A DNA stretch of 64,000 nucleotides. It comes from Candidatus Borrarchaeum weybense (GTDB lineage Archaea; Asgardarchaeota; Sifarchaeia; Borrarchaeales; Borrarchaeaceae). The notes below the pieces were generated by a model, which did no database searches, was not told the origin of the DNA, and was given only the letters and a program-made list of their open reading frames with translations. The stretch is from contig JAHQJS010000004.1 of NCBI GenBank assembly GCA_019057385.1, positions 224,001 through 288,000 of the forward strand, written 5' to 3'. Numbering within the stretch: position 1 is the stretch's first letter; each line of letters starts with the position of its first letter. Shown in pieces: positions 39,415-49,492 of the stretch. The position numbers were made by a program, and so were the translations under genes.

Positions 39415-40632
39415 TTGCGAGGTAATGATAAAATAGTTTGTCGACTGGTCAGATCCTTTCCACAAAAAGGTCGAATGACTTTTGGGTTAGAACCGGTATT
39501 CTATTTTATTTCCAAAGAGCAGGTCAAACTAGGGGCTGAAGTTCACGTAATTGCTGCAATAGATAAACACACTCCTCAATTAGAATCTCCTGATGGCATT
39601 ATTGTACATAGAGTAAGAAATCCGTATAATTTCTATGCAATTAAAAAACTAAAGGAATTAGATAAATCAAGAGGCATTGATATAGTTCACACACATGCCA
39701 CAGCGAGTCTTCTATACAGCCTAACAAGACGTTTTACTACTGTAAAGAAACCATTATTTAATCATATTCACACTACCACACTTGGGGGTATGGCACAGGA
39801 TATTGCCTCACCTGTACAATATTCATTTTCTGCTGCAATAAGGACAAATTTTTGGAATAAGTTTTCTCTTTTAAGACAAAACGCTATGTGGAAGAGAGCT
39901 GATATTTTAATTGCAGTTAGTAATGCAATAAAAGAGGAATTAGTGCAATATTATGGAATTCCAAGCCAAAAAATCCGTGTTATACATAATGGAGTAGATA
40001 TTGATTTATTTCATAAAGTAAAAGAAGGTTTAAAACTAAAGGAACAACTTGGTTTAAGTGAAAAAAGAGTAGTGCTTTTTGTTGGACATTTTGGTCTAAG
40101 AAAAGGTCTTCCTTACTTATTAAAAGCGATACCAAAGGTTTCCAAACGTATTCCGAATGTATTTTTTCTGGCAGTTGGAGGGACACCGAAATGGCTACGA
40201 ACAGATGTATACTGGAATATACTCAGAGAAAATATCAAAAATCTTAAGATTACTCCTTTTGTAGGATTGATGGATAAGATCCCAAATCAAGAATTACCGA
40301 AATATTATTCGATGGCAGATGTTTTTGTACTTCCAACTCTCTATGATCCATGTCCAAAAGTCATTCTTGAGGCAATGGCATGTGAAACTCCTATAATTGC
40401 ATCGAAGGTTTCAGGAATTCCTGAATTAATCAACGATGAACATGAGGGAATTCTTATTCCCTCAAAAAGCTCAAATCTACTTGCAGATAAGATAATAGAT
40501 CTCTTAGAGCATCAAGATGATGCCAAACTGATGGGAGAAAATGCAAGGTCACGAGTTGAAAACGATTTCACATGGAATTTATGTGCAAAAAAAATATTAC
40601 AACTATACAATGATGAATTAGAAGGTGCTTAA
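39415..40632 (+). CDS. GT4 glycosyltransferase
   Basis: VIHNGVD, VGHFGLRKG, PTLYDPCPKVILEAMA. Confidence 0.93.
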   Translation: MRGNDKIVCRLVRSFPQKGRMTFGLEPVFYFISKEQVKLGAEVHVIAAIDKHTPQLESPDGIIVHRVRNPYNFYAIKKLKELDKSRGIDIVHTHATASLLYSLTRRFTTVKKPLFNHIHTTTLGGMAQDIASPVQYSFSAAIRTNFWNKFSLLRQNAMWKRADILIAVSNAIKEELVQYYGIPSQKIRVIHNGVDIDLFHKVKEGLKLKEQLGLSEKRVVLFVGHFGLRKGLPYLLKAIPKVSKRIPNVFFLAVGGTPKWLRTDVYWNILRENIKNLKITPFVGLMDKIPNQELPKYYSMADVFVLPTLYDPCPKVILEAMACETPIIASKVSGIPELINDEHEGILIPSKSSNLLADKIIDLLEHQDDAKLMGENARSRVENDFTWNLCAKKILQLYNDELEGA

Positions 40633-41589
40633 TTGAGCAGAAACGTATCATCATTGATTTCTGTCATCATTATCACATATAACCGTTGTAGAGAATTAGA
40701 GCGTTGTTTGGATTCGTTAATGGCTCAAAAAAATACAAATTTCGAAATTGTTGTAGTTGATGGTGGTTCAACAGATTGTACTATCGATCTAATTAAGCAG
40801 TATCCTATTAAGTTCGTTAGGGAATCAAAGAGATCTGGAATTTCAGCAGCACGTAATCTAGGTATTTCTAACAGTAAGGGTGGTATAGTTGTTTTTCTTG
40901 ATGATGATGCAATAGCTGAAAAGGACTGGTTAAAAAGCCTTGTTAAACCCTTTGAAGACGAAAGAATTGCTGGAGTAAGCGGAAAGGTAATTCCTATTAC
41001 AAATACTTTGTTCAATCGCGAATTTGCTCCTGATTATGATCAAGGTCCAGATATTAAAGAAACAAAATATTTTGTTGGATGTAACATGGCTTTCAGAAAA
41101 TCTGCTTTAATTGAGGCTGGTTATTTCGATACGAAAATAAAATATGGTCACGATGAAAATGAACTTTGTTCGAGACTTTTGAGTGCAGGTTATCTTTTAG
41201 TCTATACGCCTTATGCAGTAGCGCATCACGACTACGTTCCATCGTTTTCTGCGCTTCTTAGAAAGAAATTTAAGTTGGGAAAAAGTCGGGCATATTTGGA
41301 AAAAAAGTTGGGACATCATTCAGACAGTAAAAAAAGAATAATCTATATCATTCTAATTCCTGTTGCAATAGTTGTTCTCTCGCTGGGTGCTGTTTCGTTT
41401 TATTTAAGTATGTTTAAGCCATATTTTTGGTGTTCAGTATTTTTAACAATCTGTTACGTTGTCTTACTTACAGCCGTGATTAAATATAGATCAAAAAAAT
41501 CAATAATAGGCGCTTTTTTAACAATATTTACAGAATTTGTGAGAGAACTCGGGAAGATTTATGGCAGGTTATTCCCTCTAACAGATTAA
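40633..41589 (+). CDS. GT2 glycosyltransferase with C-terminal TM helices
   Basis: ISVIIITYNR, VDGGSTD, FLDDD, GCNMAFR, DENE. Confidence 0.93.
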   Translation: MSRNVSSLISVIIITYNRCRELERCLDSLMAQKNTNFEIVVVDGGSTDCTIDLIKQYPIKFVRESKRSGISAARNLGISNSKGGIVVFLDDDAIAEKDWLKSLVKPFEDERIAGVSGKVIPITNTLFNREFAPDYDQGPDIKETKYFVGCNMAFRKSALIEAGYFDTKIKYGHDENELCSRLLSAGYLLVYTPYAVAHHDYVPSFSALLRKKFKLGKSRAYLEKKLGHHSDSKKRIIYIILIPVAIVVLSLGAVSFYLSMFKPYFWCSVFLTICYVVLLTAVIKYRSKKSIIGAFLTIFTEFVRELGKIYGRLFPLTD

Positions 41590-41607
41590 ATTAAAGAAGG
41601 CACTATT

Positions 41608-42639
41608 ATGAGCTTCGTATCAATTGTAATTCCTACAAGAAACGAGGAAAAGAATATTGAGACGTGCCTACGAAGTATCCTTAACTTAGATTTTCCCCAA
41701 GAAAGGTATGAAATTCTCGTCATTGATGGAAAGTCCACTGATAGAACAGTTGAAATCGCATCGAAATATCCTGTCCGCATTATCGAAAATCCAAAATATA
41801 AGATAGGACCTGCACATAATATAGGCGTTAAGGAAGCTAAAGGCGATATTATCGCTTTTACTGATGCGGATGTAAGGGTAGATGTTCATTGGCTTACGTT
41901 TTTAGTTGAGCATTTCACTAATCCAGATGTTGGATGCGTAATTGGTGGACAAGCCTGCGTTTTTGGAGACAAATTCATCTCACAGATAAGAGCAGCATTT
42001 CATGACTATTATAACGCAAAGGTGTCCAATGCACTTAATAGAGAGCCACACAAAGTAACTTGGAGAAGTATGTCTACCTATGGGACTGCAATTAGAAAGG
42101 ATGCTCTTATCAAAATAGGGGGATTTGATGAAAGTATTGACTACCCAGACAAGGATATCGGCTATAGACTCTCACAAGATTATCAAATAATTAAGGACAG
42201 GAGAGCAGTAATTCGTCATTACCTTAACAAACCTTTCAAAAAGTATTGCAAACAAATTTATCGGACAAGTATCACAGAAGGGACACTATATAGACGATAT
42301 GGAGTTTTTCTTAATAAAAAATCAATTATCATTTCATTACTGGTCTTAACTTTACTCTTTGGCTATCTATTCTCCCCAATCCTCTTATTTGCATCCGTAA
42401 TATCCTCTATAAGAGCTTTTGGACTGTTATTTCTACCTATTATTGGATTGATAGGTTATTACTTTATCAAGGGGCTCAAAATTAAAATAAAGCAGAGAAT
42501 TGGTATAAAAGGACTTTTAGTCCTACCATTTGTTTCACTACTATTTATTATACTGAAAAGCTTTGGAATGATAAGAGGTCTAATACGACTTGATGTAAAG
42601 GGAATATATCCGCCAAGAGGCATAAAAATAGAAAGTTAA
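41608..42639 (+). CDS. GT2 glycosyltransferase with C-terminal TM helices
   Basis: VSIVIPTRNEE, IDGKSTD, FTDAD, GGFDE. Confidence 0.92.
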   Translation: MSFVSIVIPTRNEEKNIETCLRSILNLDFPQERYEILVIDGKSTDRTVEIASKYPVRIIENPKYKIGPAHNIGVKEAKGDIIAFTDADVRVDVHWLTFLVEHFTNPDVGCVIGGQACVFGDKFISQIRAAFHDYYNAKVSNALNREPHKVTWRSMSTYGTAIRKDALIKIGGFDESIDYPDKDIGYRLSQDYQIIKDRRAVIRHYLNKPFKKYCKQIYRTSITEGTLYRRYGVFLNKKSIIISLLVLTLLFGYLFSPILLFASVISSIRAFGLLFLPIIGLIGYYFIKGLKIKIKQRIGIKGLLVLPFVSLLFIILKSFGMIRGLIRLDVKGIYPPRGIKIES

Positions 42640-42644
42640 ATTCT

Positions 42645-44690
42645 CTAACCATGGTTTATTTGATAAAGTAGGTAACTCCAGCCTTCCAGACTATTGGAAA
42701 TATTCAGTACTAACTCAAAGTGATAGAATTCAATCAAATAGTCCATTAACCTAGGAGTAGATTTTGGTTCATCTATCAGTAAAAACACATTTCTATCATG
42801 CTCTAAAAACCAATTGAGTATTTGTTTTAGTTCTTCTTCCTTTCCTTCTATACTTTGATACCATTGAGGGTGATATGTAATATATATTGTGTACCTTTCA
42901 GCATAAATTCGTAGTGGAGTTGTCAGTGCACCACAAAGGATTACTGAGTCTTCTTGCGTTGTATTTTTTATTTGACAGACTGCGTCAAGTTTACTCTTTG
43001 TGAGCCCCGAACTGCTGGTATTGAGCCATTCTCGATTCGGTAGTAATGGATGGTATCGTACTGTGATCGATAGCACACATAGTATCAAAATCATTGTCGT
43101 TAACCCCTTAGTTAAGTTTTTTTCATATGGAATCCCTTTTATGAATCGATAAATTTCCTGTAAGCCTTTTCCTGAGAATATTGCTAAAATAGGAAAAGCT
43201 GGGAGCATGAATCGTCCCACAGAGTATATATAGAAGGCATAAGGGGCAAAGGTTGCGATAATGCATCCTAGAAGAAATAGCGCTCTCTTCTGATTTTTTT
43301 TGAAAAACACGTAGAACCCAATAAAAGCTATTGGTATAAACACTCCAAAATTCCATACGATCTCTTGTGCATATATGATAATCTGTTGGACTAATCTCTG
43401 TAGAGCAAACTCATAATATATCGAAAGAATCCAACTTTGACTTTTTAGAGGAGTACCGAAAAGTAAATTGTTGTATATAAGTGCAGGGCTTGCTACAGTG
43501 ACTATAGTTCCAAAATAAATATACAGTCTAGCATCAGTAATGATTTGCGGTTTTTCTACAACTATTAATAATATTACGGGAATAACTATAAGGATGTTTG
43601 TTGGACGCGTTAGAATAGCATATCCAAAACTAGCGCCAGAAAAAAGGAAAAAACGTATACCATTATTCTTCTTTTGTTTTAGAAGACAAAAAATTGACAA
43701 GATTATACAAAATTCAGAAATTATATCGCTTAAAGTAAAGCCACAAAGAATTAGATGTATAGGATTAAAGGCGAGAGCCGAGACAGAGATTGCTGCTATC
43801 TGATTTCGCTTTATATCATTTTTAAAGATTTCTTTTGCACAAAAGTATGTTACAAGATTAGTCAAAAATCCAAAAACCACATTCACATAAAGTGCTGCGT
43901 TTTTTCCAAATAATATAATACTTAATGCAAAAACTAGCGGTGCTCCAATGGATTTGTCAGCATATACCTTTCCTGTTGTTCGATCATATACATAAGTATT
44001 CGGGATTGTTAAGAAGTTTAGATCGGACTTTCCATTCAATAATTCATTCATCAAAGGTATGAGCGGATCCTCATAGTAAAATGACGAGAGTGTGGGATTT
44101 TCTGAAAATCGTACTGCCATAAAATAGAACGTTGCGGCGTCTGCCCCGCTTACACCAGCTGGAACTATCAAAATATACTCCAAAGCACTTGTTAACAGGA
44201 TTATTATAACAAAAAGCATGGGTAGCTTTGATTCTATTTTCTCTTTTTTACAAAATAAGCCACTAAGTTGAATACTGCAAAATAGCGTCCATAAGGAAAT
44301 CAAGAAGAGAATAGATAATGTTGTACGAATGAAATTGCCTAAAAGTAGATAGAAGATTATTGAAAGTGGTAGCAATACAACAGGTAAAGATGCAAAGATG
44401 AATATCCGAAATCTGTGCGTAACTATTTGTATCCTACTTTTTTGAGCAATAATCCATGTTACAAAAGCGAAGCCAAAAGAAATCATTATTGGGATCAATG
44501 ATAGAAGTCCAAATATGTTAACAAGGTGAATCTCTGCTACAAAGAGATAAAAAAACAGATAGGTTAATAATATGATACTAATTTCTAATACGGCGATTTT
44601 TGCAAACTCACCTGGTTTTTCTTCTGTTAATGAGTCATATGATTTCTTATCAAGCAAGAAAACGCCAATTATGGTGTCTATTAGACCCAT
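42645..44690 (-). CDS. GT-C (PMT_2-like) glycosyltransferase with extra N-terminal membrane domain (Yip1-like)
   Basis: GADAATF loop, LSDI, TRP, RFMLP and an STT3-like tail. About 155 extra N-terminal residues. ATG 44690 follows GGTG; the track start is 44717. Confidence 0.75.
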   Translation of the reverse strand: MGLIDTIIGVFLLDKKSYDSLTEEKPGEFAKIAVLEISIILLTYLFFYLFVAEIHLVNIFGLLSLIPIMISFGFAFVTWIIAQKSRIQIVTHRFRIFIFASLPVVLLPLSIIFYLLLGNFIRTTLSILFLISLWTLFCSIQLSGLFCKKEKIESKLPMLFVIIILLTSALEYILIVPAGVSGADAATFYFMAVRFSENPTLSSFYYEDPLIPLMNELLNGKSDLNFLTIPNTYVYDRTTGKVYADKSIGAPLVFALSIILFGKNAALYVNVVFGFLTNLVTYFCAKEIFKNDIKRNQIAAISVSALAFNPIHLILCGFTLSDIISEFCIILSIFCLLKQKKNNGIRFFLFSGASFGYAILTRPTNILIVIPVILLIVVEKPQIITDARLYIYFGTIVTVASPALIYNNLLFGTPLKSQSWILSIYYEFALQRLVQQIIIYAQEIVWNFGVFIPIAFIGFYVFFKKNQKRALFLLGCIIATFAPYAFYIYSVGRFMLPAFPILAIFSGKGLQEIYRFIKGIPYEKNLTKGLTTMILILCVLSITVRYHPLLPNREWLNTSSSGLTKSKLDAVCQIKNTTQEDSVILCGALTTPLRIYAERYTIYITYHPQWYQSIEGKEEELKQILNWFLEHDRNVFLLIDEPKSTPRLMDYLIEFYHFELVLNISNSLEGWSYLLYQINHG

Positions 44691-44755
44691 TCGTCTTACA
44701 CCGTTAATTCGCTGCAATAATAATACTGTAATTTGTGTTAATCTTCTTCTAAAAA

Positions 44756-45925
44756 CTACATGATTTGGGAATACACTTTTTCATAAGCGCTGGCTATTAC
44801 TTCCCAATCGTATTCTTTCTCAATTCTATGTCTTGCATTGAATCCTAATTCTTCGGCCAAATTATGATCGGTGAGTAACGCTATCATTCGTGCCGCTAAT
44901 TGCCTAATGTCCCCAGGTTGAACTAAATATCCTGTTCTTTCATCAATTATTAAGTCCTTTGGCCCACCTATATTTGTAGCTATTGCTGGTTTTCCACATG
45001 CCAAGGCTTCTACCAACGCCCGACCAAAAGGTTCTCTCAGACTCGGAAGGACGAAAATATCGCAACTGCTATAAACGGTGATCATTTTATTATTTGGAAT
45101 TGGGTCAGTATGAAATTTTATGGAATCTTCTATCCCCAAATGACTTGCTAAGTTTTTTAAAGGCAGATGTAGCGATCCTTTTCCCAAAATTACCAGTTTT
45201 GCTGAGGGTACCTTCTTTGTTACATACTTCATTGCCTTTATCAAATTTGGTAATCCTTTATTTGGGTGAAGCCGAGCAACTGTCAAAATAAGTGGTGAAT
45301 TTTCATACCCTAAAGTTTGCTTGAATGTGGTATCATCTTTTGGATAAAACTCTTTAATATCAACACCCGCTGGTATAACTTTAATTTTTTCAGCCAGCGC
45401 TTTATTTGTTACTAAGAATTCTTTGGCAGCTGTAGATCTAGCAACTATAGCATCAGCACTCCTCTGAACTATTTTGCATATACTTTTTTCGTAAAGTTGA
45501 TAAACTTGTTTCCAAGGAGATCTCGGGTAGTAGTAGCGTTCCTGTGTATACATAAATGGGATTCCTTTAACTTTACAACTTAGCATTGCAAACAATGTGA
45601 CCGGTTGAAAGTCTTCATGAGCATGCACTAAATCATAATCAGATTCAAGGATCTCGGGAATAATGGTTGGAACAAAGGGCTGTTCTGGGAAATCAGATAG
45701 TGTAGGTAAATAGATTACTTTAAAACCATCAACGGTTTGTTCCTTTCTTGTTCCAAGCCCAAAATACTTCTCTTTGCTAAAGAACTTCCTCATTCGTCTA
45801 TTAGAAGTCAAAATGGTAACTTGGTGTCTTTTTGAGAGGGTTTCGGCTAAACCGTACTCATGTTGCTTAAAAAAGGTCGTGAAGTAAGGACTAATTACGG
45901 CAATTTTCAATATAGTCTCACTCAA
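44756..45925 (-). CDS. GT4 glycosyltransferase
   Basis: IPAGVD, ARLHPNKG, PSLREPFGRALVEAL. Confidence 0.93.
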   Translation of the reverse strand: MSETILKIAVISPYFTTFFKQHEYGLAETLSKRHQVTILTSNRRMRKFFSKEKYFGLGTRKEQTVDGFKVIYLPTLSDFPEQPFVPTIIPEILESDYDLVHAHEDFQPVTLFAMLSCKVKGIPFMYTQERYYYPRSPWKQVYQLYEKSICKIVQRSADAIVARSTAAKEFLVTNKALAEKIKVIPAGVDIKEFYPKDDTTFKQTLGYENSPLILTVARLHPNKGLPNLIKAMKYVTKKVPSAKLVILGKGSLHLPLKNLASHLGIEDSIKFHTDPIPNNKMITVYSSCDIFVLPSLREPFGRALVEALACGKPAIATNIGGPKDLIIDERTGYLVQPGDIRQLAARMIALLTDHNLAEELGFNARHRIEKEYDWEVIASAYEKVYSQIM

Positions 45926-45995
45926 TTGAGTTTCTAAGATTTTATGATTGGTTGAATATGGTTTTCTTTTTAAAAATATTATTTCCTAAAATGAG

Positions 45996-47240
45996 TTATA
46001 TAATCAAAGCGCTTCTTAATATCAGTTCGATCTTTTTTGTAACGCCTTTCCATGTATATTTCTTTTCAACTTCTTTTCTGGCATTAATTCCTATTTTTTT
46101 AGATAGTTTACGGTTTTCCAAAAGGAAAAGTATTGCATTGGCTAAATCTTCTATGTTTCCTGGCTCAAATAAACATCCAGTTGCTTTATCCCTAATAATT
46201 GTAGGGATACTTCCACACGAAGATGTGACTATGGGTTTCCCACATGCCATATATTCGAAGAGCTTGATTGGTGAATAGAAAAAGCCAAATTTTCGTGTTT
46301 CTGCATAAGCTGATGGATTGTACGGAGCAGCCAGTATATCACATGCATTTAAATAACTAGGAACCTCGTTATATGGAATTAAGTCAGTAAAAATAAAGTA
46401 GTTCTCTAAATTCATTTTATGTACCATAGGTAAAACTCTTTCAGATGAATTAGGTCCTATCATCAAAAATCTAACTTGATCAGTTTTTGAAATTACCTTT
46501 TTGCTTGCTTTTACTAAGTCCAGGACACCATGCCATTCCGCAAAGCAGCCTGCATAACCTACTATTGAAAGGTTCTCAAGGCCATATTTTCTTCGAATTC
46601 TTGTTCCATCTATTTCTGGAGTGAACATCTCAATATTTGCAGCAGCGGTGACAAGTTCTGTCTTATTAAGATATTTCTTTGGAAGGATATCATAAGAGTA
46701 CGCAATAATTTTCCTTGCTATTTTTAAGGAAATTTCTTTAAAATTTGTCCCTATTATTTCTGATACCATTGCGCGGCTGCTAAAAACACTTGCGATCGTT
46801 CCTGCACCTAAGGAAGACCCACGTTCAAGAATAACATCAATTTTATATTTTTTAGCAATTTTAGCAATGATAATTGCAAAGTAAAGAGGAAACACATACT
46901 TTAAATATAGCATATAGAGTTTTATGAGGATTGAGCGGAATACTGATTGTTTTTGAACGATTTTCTCTACCATCATATCTTCAAAATCTGAACGTGGCTT
47001 AATGGGGAACACAATGCCTCTGTAATATCTATGAACGAATAGATTACCTATTTTTGCAAATTTTCTCTCTGTCTTTGAGAGCCGTCGGCATATTACATGA
47101 ACTTCATTTCCCAAATTGACTAAATTTTTGGCTATTTCTATCGTATGTGTGCTAGATCCTCTAAAAAGCTGAGGCGCAACATCAAGAGCAACATACGCTA
47201 TTTTCATAGATTTCTTCTTTTCTATAGCCACTGAAGACAC
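45996..47240 (-). CDS. GT4 glycosyltransferase
   Basis: MKIAYV (alternative ATG 47207), GCFAEWHG, SPIKLFEYMACGKP. Confidence 0.93.
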   Translation of the reverse strand: MSSVAIEKKKSMKIAYVALDVAPQLFRGSSTHTIEIAKNLVNLGNEVHVICRRLSKTERKFAKIGNLFVHRYYRGIVFPIKPRSDFEDMMVEKIVQKQSVFRSILIKLYMLYLKYVFPLYFAIIIAKIAKKYKIDVILERGSSLGAGTIASVFSSRAMVSEIIGTNFKEISLKIARKIIAYSYDILPKKYLNKTELVTAAANIEMFTPEIDGTRIRRKYGLENLSIVGYAGCFAEWHGVLDLVKASKKVISKTDQVRFLMIGPNSSERVLPMVHKMNLENYFIFTDLIPYNEVPSYLNACDILAAPYNPSAYAETRKFGFFYSPIKLFEYMACGKPIVTSSCGSIPTIIRDKATGCLFEPGNIEDLANAILFLLENRKLSKKIGINARKEVEKKYTWKGVTKKIELILRSALII

Positions 47241-47372
47241 CCAAGATTGGAATCATATGATGCAATCGTGGTTATGATTTTAAAGGTTCATGCGATACTA
47301 TGCTGGACAAAGTTAGAAAGTATGAAATTTATTTCAATTTGATAAGTATCTTTTTATGGATGCGAGTAAACG

Positions 47373-49394
47373 TTGAGAAATGAGTTTTCAGTAGCAAAAT
47401 CCCTTATTATGAAAGCGTGGGATACTGAAAGATACCTTTTTTTGGCGGTAATTCTTACTAATCTCTTCATTCTTTTTCCAGATTTTGTTCGCATTCCTTC
47501 TTACTTATTCTTGTTTAACATTGTACCGGGTTGGATATTTCTCAAATTTTACTTACGTATTAAAATTGACAATATTCGAATGGCAATTCTTTCCTTTTCA
47601 TTAAGTATTATAATTGGCTCACTTCTTTTTCTTATCCAAGCTATAATACTCGGCTACCTCTCTCCTCTCTTTAGTTTATTCTTCTTTGATATATTTCTTC
47701 TATTAGGAATATTTTTATCACAATATCGAGAAAATTATGCCTACAAAGGACTTCCTATTTCTAAGCATTCTTTATTGTTTTTACTCGCCCTAAGTGCTTT
47801 TAATTTGATCGCACACAGCGTATATTTGCTCACGATCATAGTTTTCTTTCCAGATAGTATCATTTTCGTTAGTAATCCCAGCGATTATTTCATGTATATT
47901 AGTTTCATCGAAGAATCACGAAAAGCTATGCCTCCCCAATGGCCAGAGTATTCTGGTACTCCACTCACCTATCCATGGCTTTTCATCATATTTTATTCTG
48001 GTATTTGCGAGTTAACAACATTAAATTCGTTTTTTCTCGCGATTATAATGAATGGGATCTTGAGTACAGCACTAGGTTTGTTGATTTTTATCTTCTGCAA
48101 TGATAATTTCAAAAATGAGCTTATCGGTGTGATTTCAGCATTTTTCTTTTCTTTTGGTACAGAAGCTACGTGGCTTCTTCAGTTGATGCGGGGCACTCCT
48201 CCACTTTGGAACTATTTACCTCCACAAATTCCAAGTCCAGGAATTGCTTTTTGTTCGTCATTAGGAATAGATCAGTTTATGAAGGGGTTCATGCACACAC
48301 CAGCTTATATAATTGCGATACTTTCGTTGTTTTTCTTAAACAAGTTTGTTGAGGAACGAAAGAGGAGGTTTCTCGGCACTTCAATTCTTCTATTTGTGAT
48401 GTTCCCCTTCTATCATACGCTCATCTATGCTGTTATCCTCATTGTACTCTTAATGTTCGGAATTTTTCTTCTTTTATGGCGTGATTGGAGAAACGCAGTT
48501 CTGGTATTTTCAATTAGTATAGTGTCCGCCCTCCCACTTTATCTTTATTGGCAGTTCTTCGCACCTTATTTAATTGAAATTGGCACTTCAAAGCCCGGAA
48601 GATTCATAGGACTTAAATTTCTTTATGGAGCCTTCGTCCCTGTGCAATCACTCGCTGCTCTCCTTTCGTATATCGGTTTTGCGATTATTCTCACTATCAT
48701 TGGCTTTGTGTTTTCAATAAAGAGTACTCGCTTCTTGGATCGTTTTCTAGGGTTATGGCTAATTGTAATTACTTTCCTAATTTTTTTCACCGACTTCAGG
48801 GTCGGCAATTTCTATTACTACTGGACGTTTTCAATTCCTGCCATTTTTTATGCCGGAAAGGGTTTAACGAAGATATTTTCGTATAAACTATTTACAGATA
48901 AATGGAAGAAGTATGGGATTCTTCTATTTTTCTTCATGGTTTGCATAATCCCAACAATCCAATTGTTCAGCGCAGCTGTTAATTCTCCCGTATACATGAC
49001 ACTCCAACAAGATGAACTTGAGGCATATAGCTGGATTAGAGAGAACACACCAGAAGAATCAGTATTTCTTGTCGCTCCCTCTAACGGAAGTTATCCTCCC
49101 AGTCCTATAACCTCTTTTAGTGGACGAAGGATTGTTTTAGGGAATGAGTTTCATGTTGAACCGTATAAATTAAATTATGAACGGCGATACCAAGATGTTC
49201 GTGTTATGTACACTTCCCCAGATATTAGTGAAGCAATAAATCTAATGAATGACTTTGATGTGGATTATATCTTCGTTTCAATAAGGGAATATGAAAGTTT
49301 TGGAAAAGAGAATTTAATAAAATTCGCAGAGTATCCCCAATATTTTACACCAGTCTTTAATAATGGTTATTGCGACATATATTCATTATCTTAG
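47373..49394 (+). CDS. GT-C-like membrane protein (DUF1616-like N-terminus, STT3-like tail)
   Basis: VPGW..., SDY, PPQWPEYSG.PLTYPW, AYSWIRENT, SGRR, DYIFV. Confidence 0.75.
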   Translation: MRNEFSVAKSLIMKAWDTERYLFLAVILTNLFILFPDFVRIPSYLFLFNIVPGWIFLKFYLRIKIDNIRMAILSFSLSIIIGSLLFLIQAIILGYLSPLFSLFFFDIFLLLGIFLSQYRENYAYKGLPISKHSLLFLLALSAFNLIAHSVYLLTIIVFFPDSIIFVSNPSDYFMYISFIEESRKAMPPQWPEYSGTPLTYPWLFIIFYSGICELTTLNSFFLAIIMNGILSTALGLLIFIFCNDNFKNELIGVISAFFFSFGTEATWLLQLMRGTPPLWNYLPPQIPSPGIAFCSSLGIDQFMKGFMHTPAYIIAILSLFFLNKFVEERKRRFLGTSILLFVMFPFYHTLIYAVILIVLLMFGIFLLLWRDWRNAVLVFSISIVSALPLYLYWQFFAPYLIEIGTSKPGRFIGLKFLYGAFVPVQSLAALLSYIGFAIILTIIGFVFSIKSTRFLDRFLGLWLIVITFLIFFTDFRVGNFYYYWTFSIPAIFYAGKGLTKIFSYKLFTDKWKKYGILLFFFMVCIIPTIQLFSAAVNSPVYMTLQQDELEAYSWIRENTPEESVFLVAPSNGSYPPSPITSFSGRRIVLGNEFHVEPYKLNYERRYQDVRVMYTSPDISEAINLMNDFDVDYIFVSIREYESFGKENLIKFAEYPQYFTPVFNNGYCDIYSLS

Positions 49395-49492
49395 CTCTTT
49401 TAATGCAGAAGTTTTGGTATGGAGATAAAAAAATTAAAATGTCAACTTTTCAGCTTTTTGCACGATTTCGACGAATTTGATACTTAAAACAG

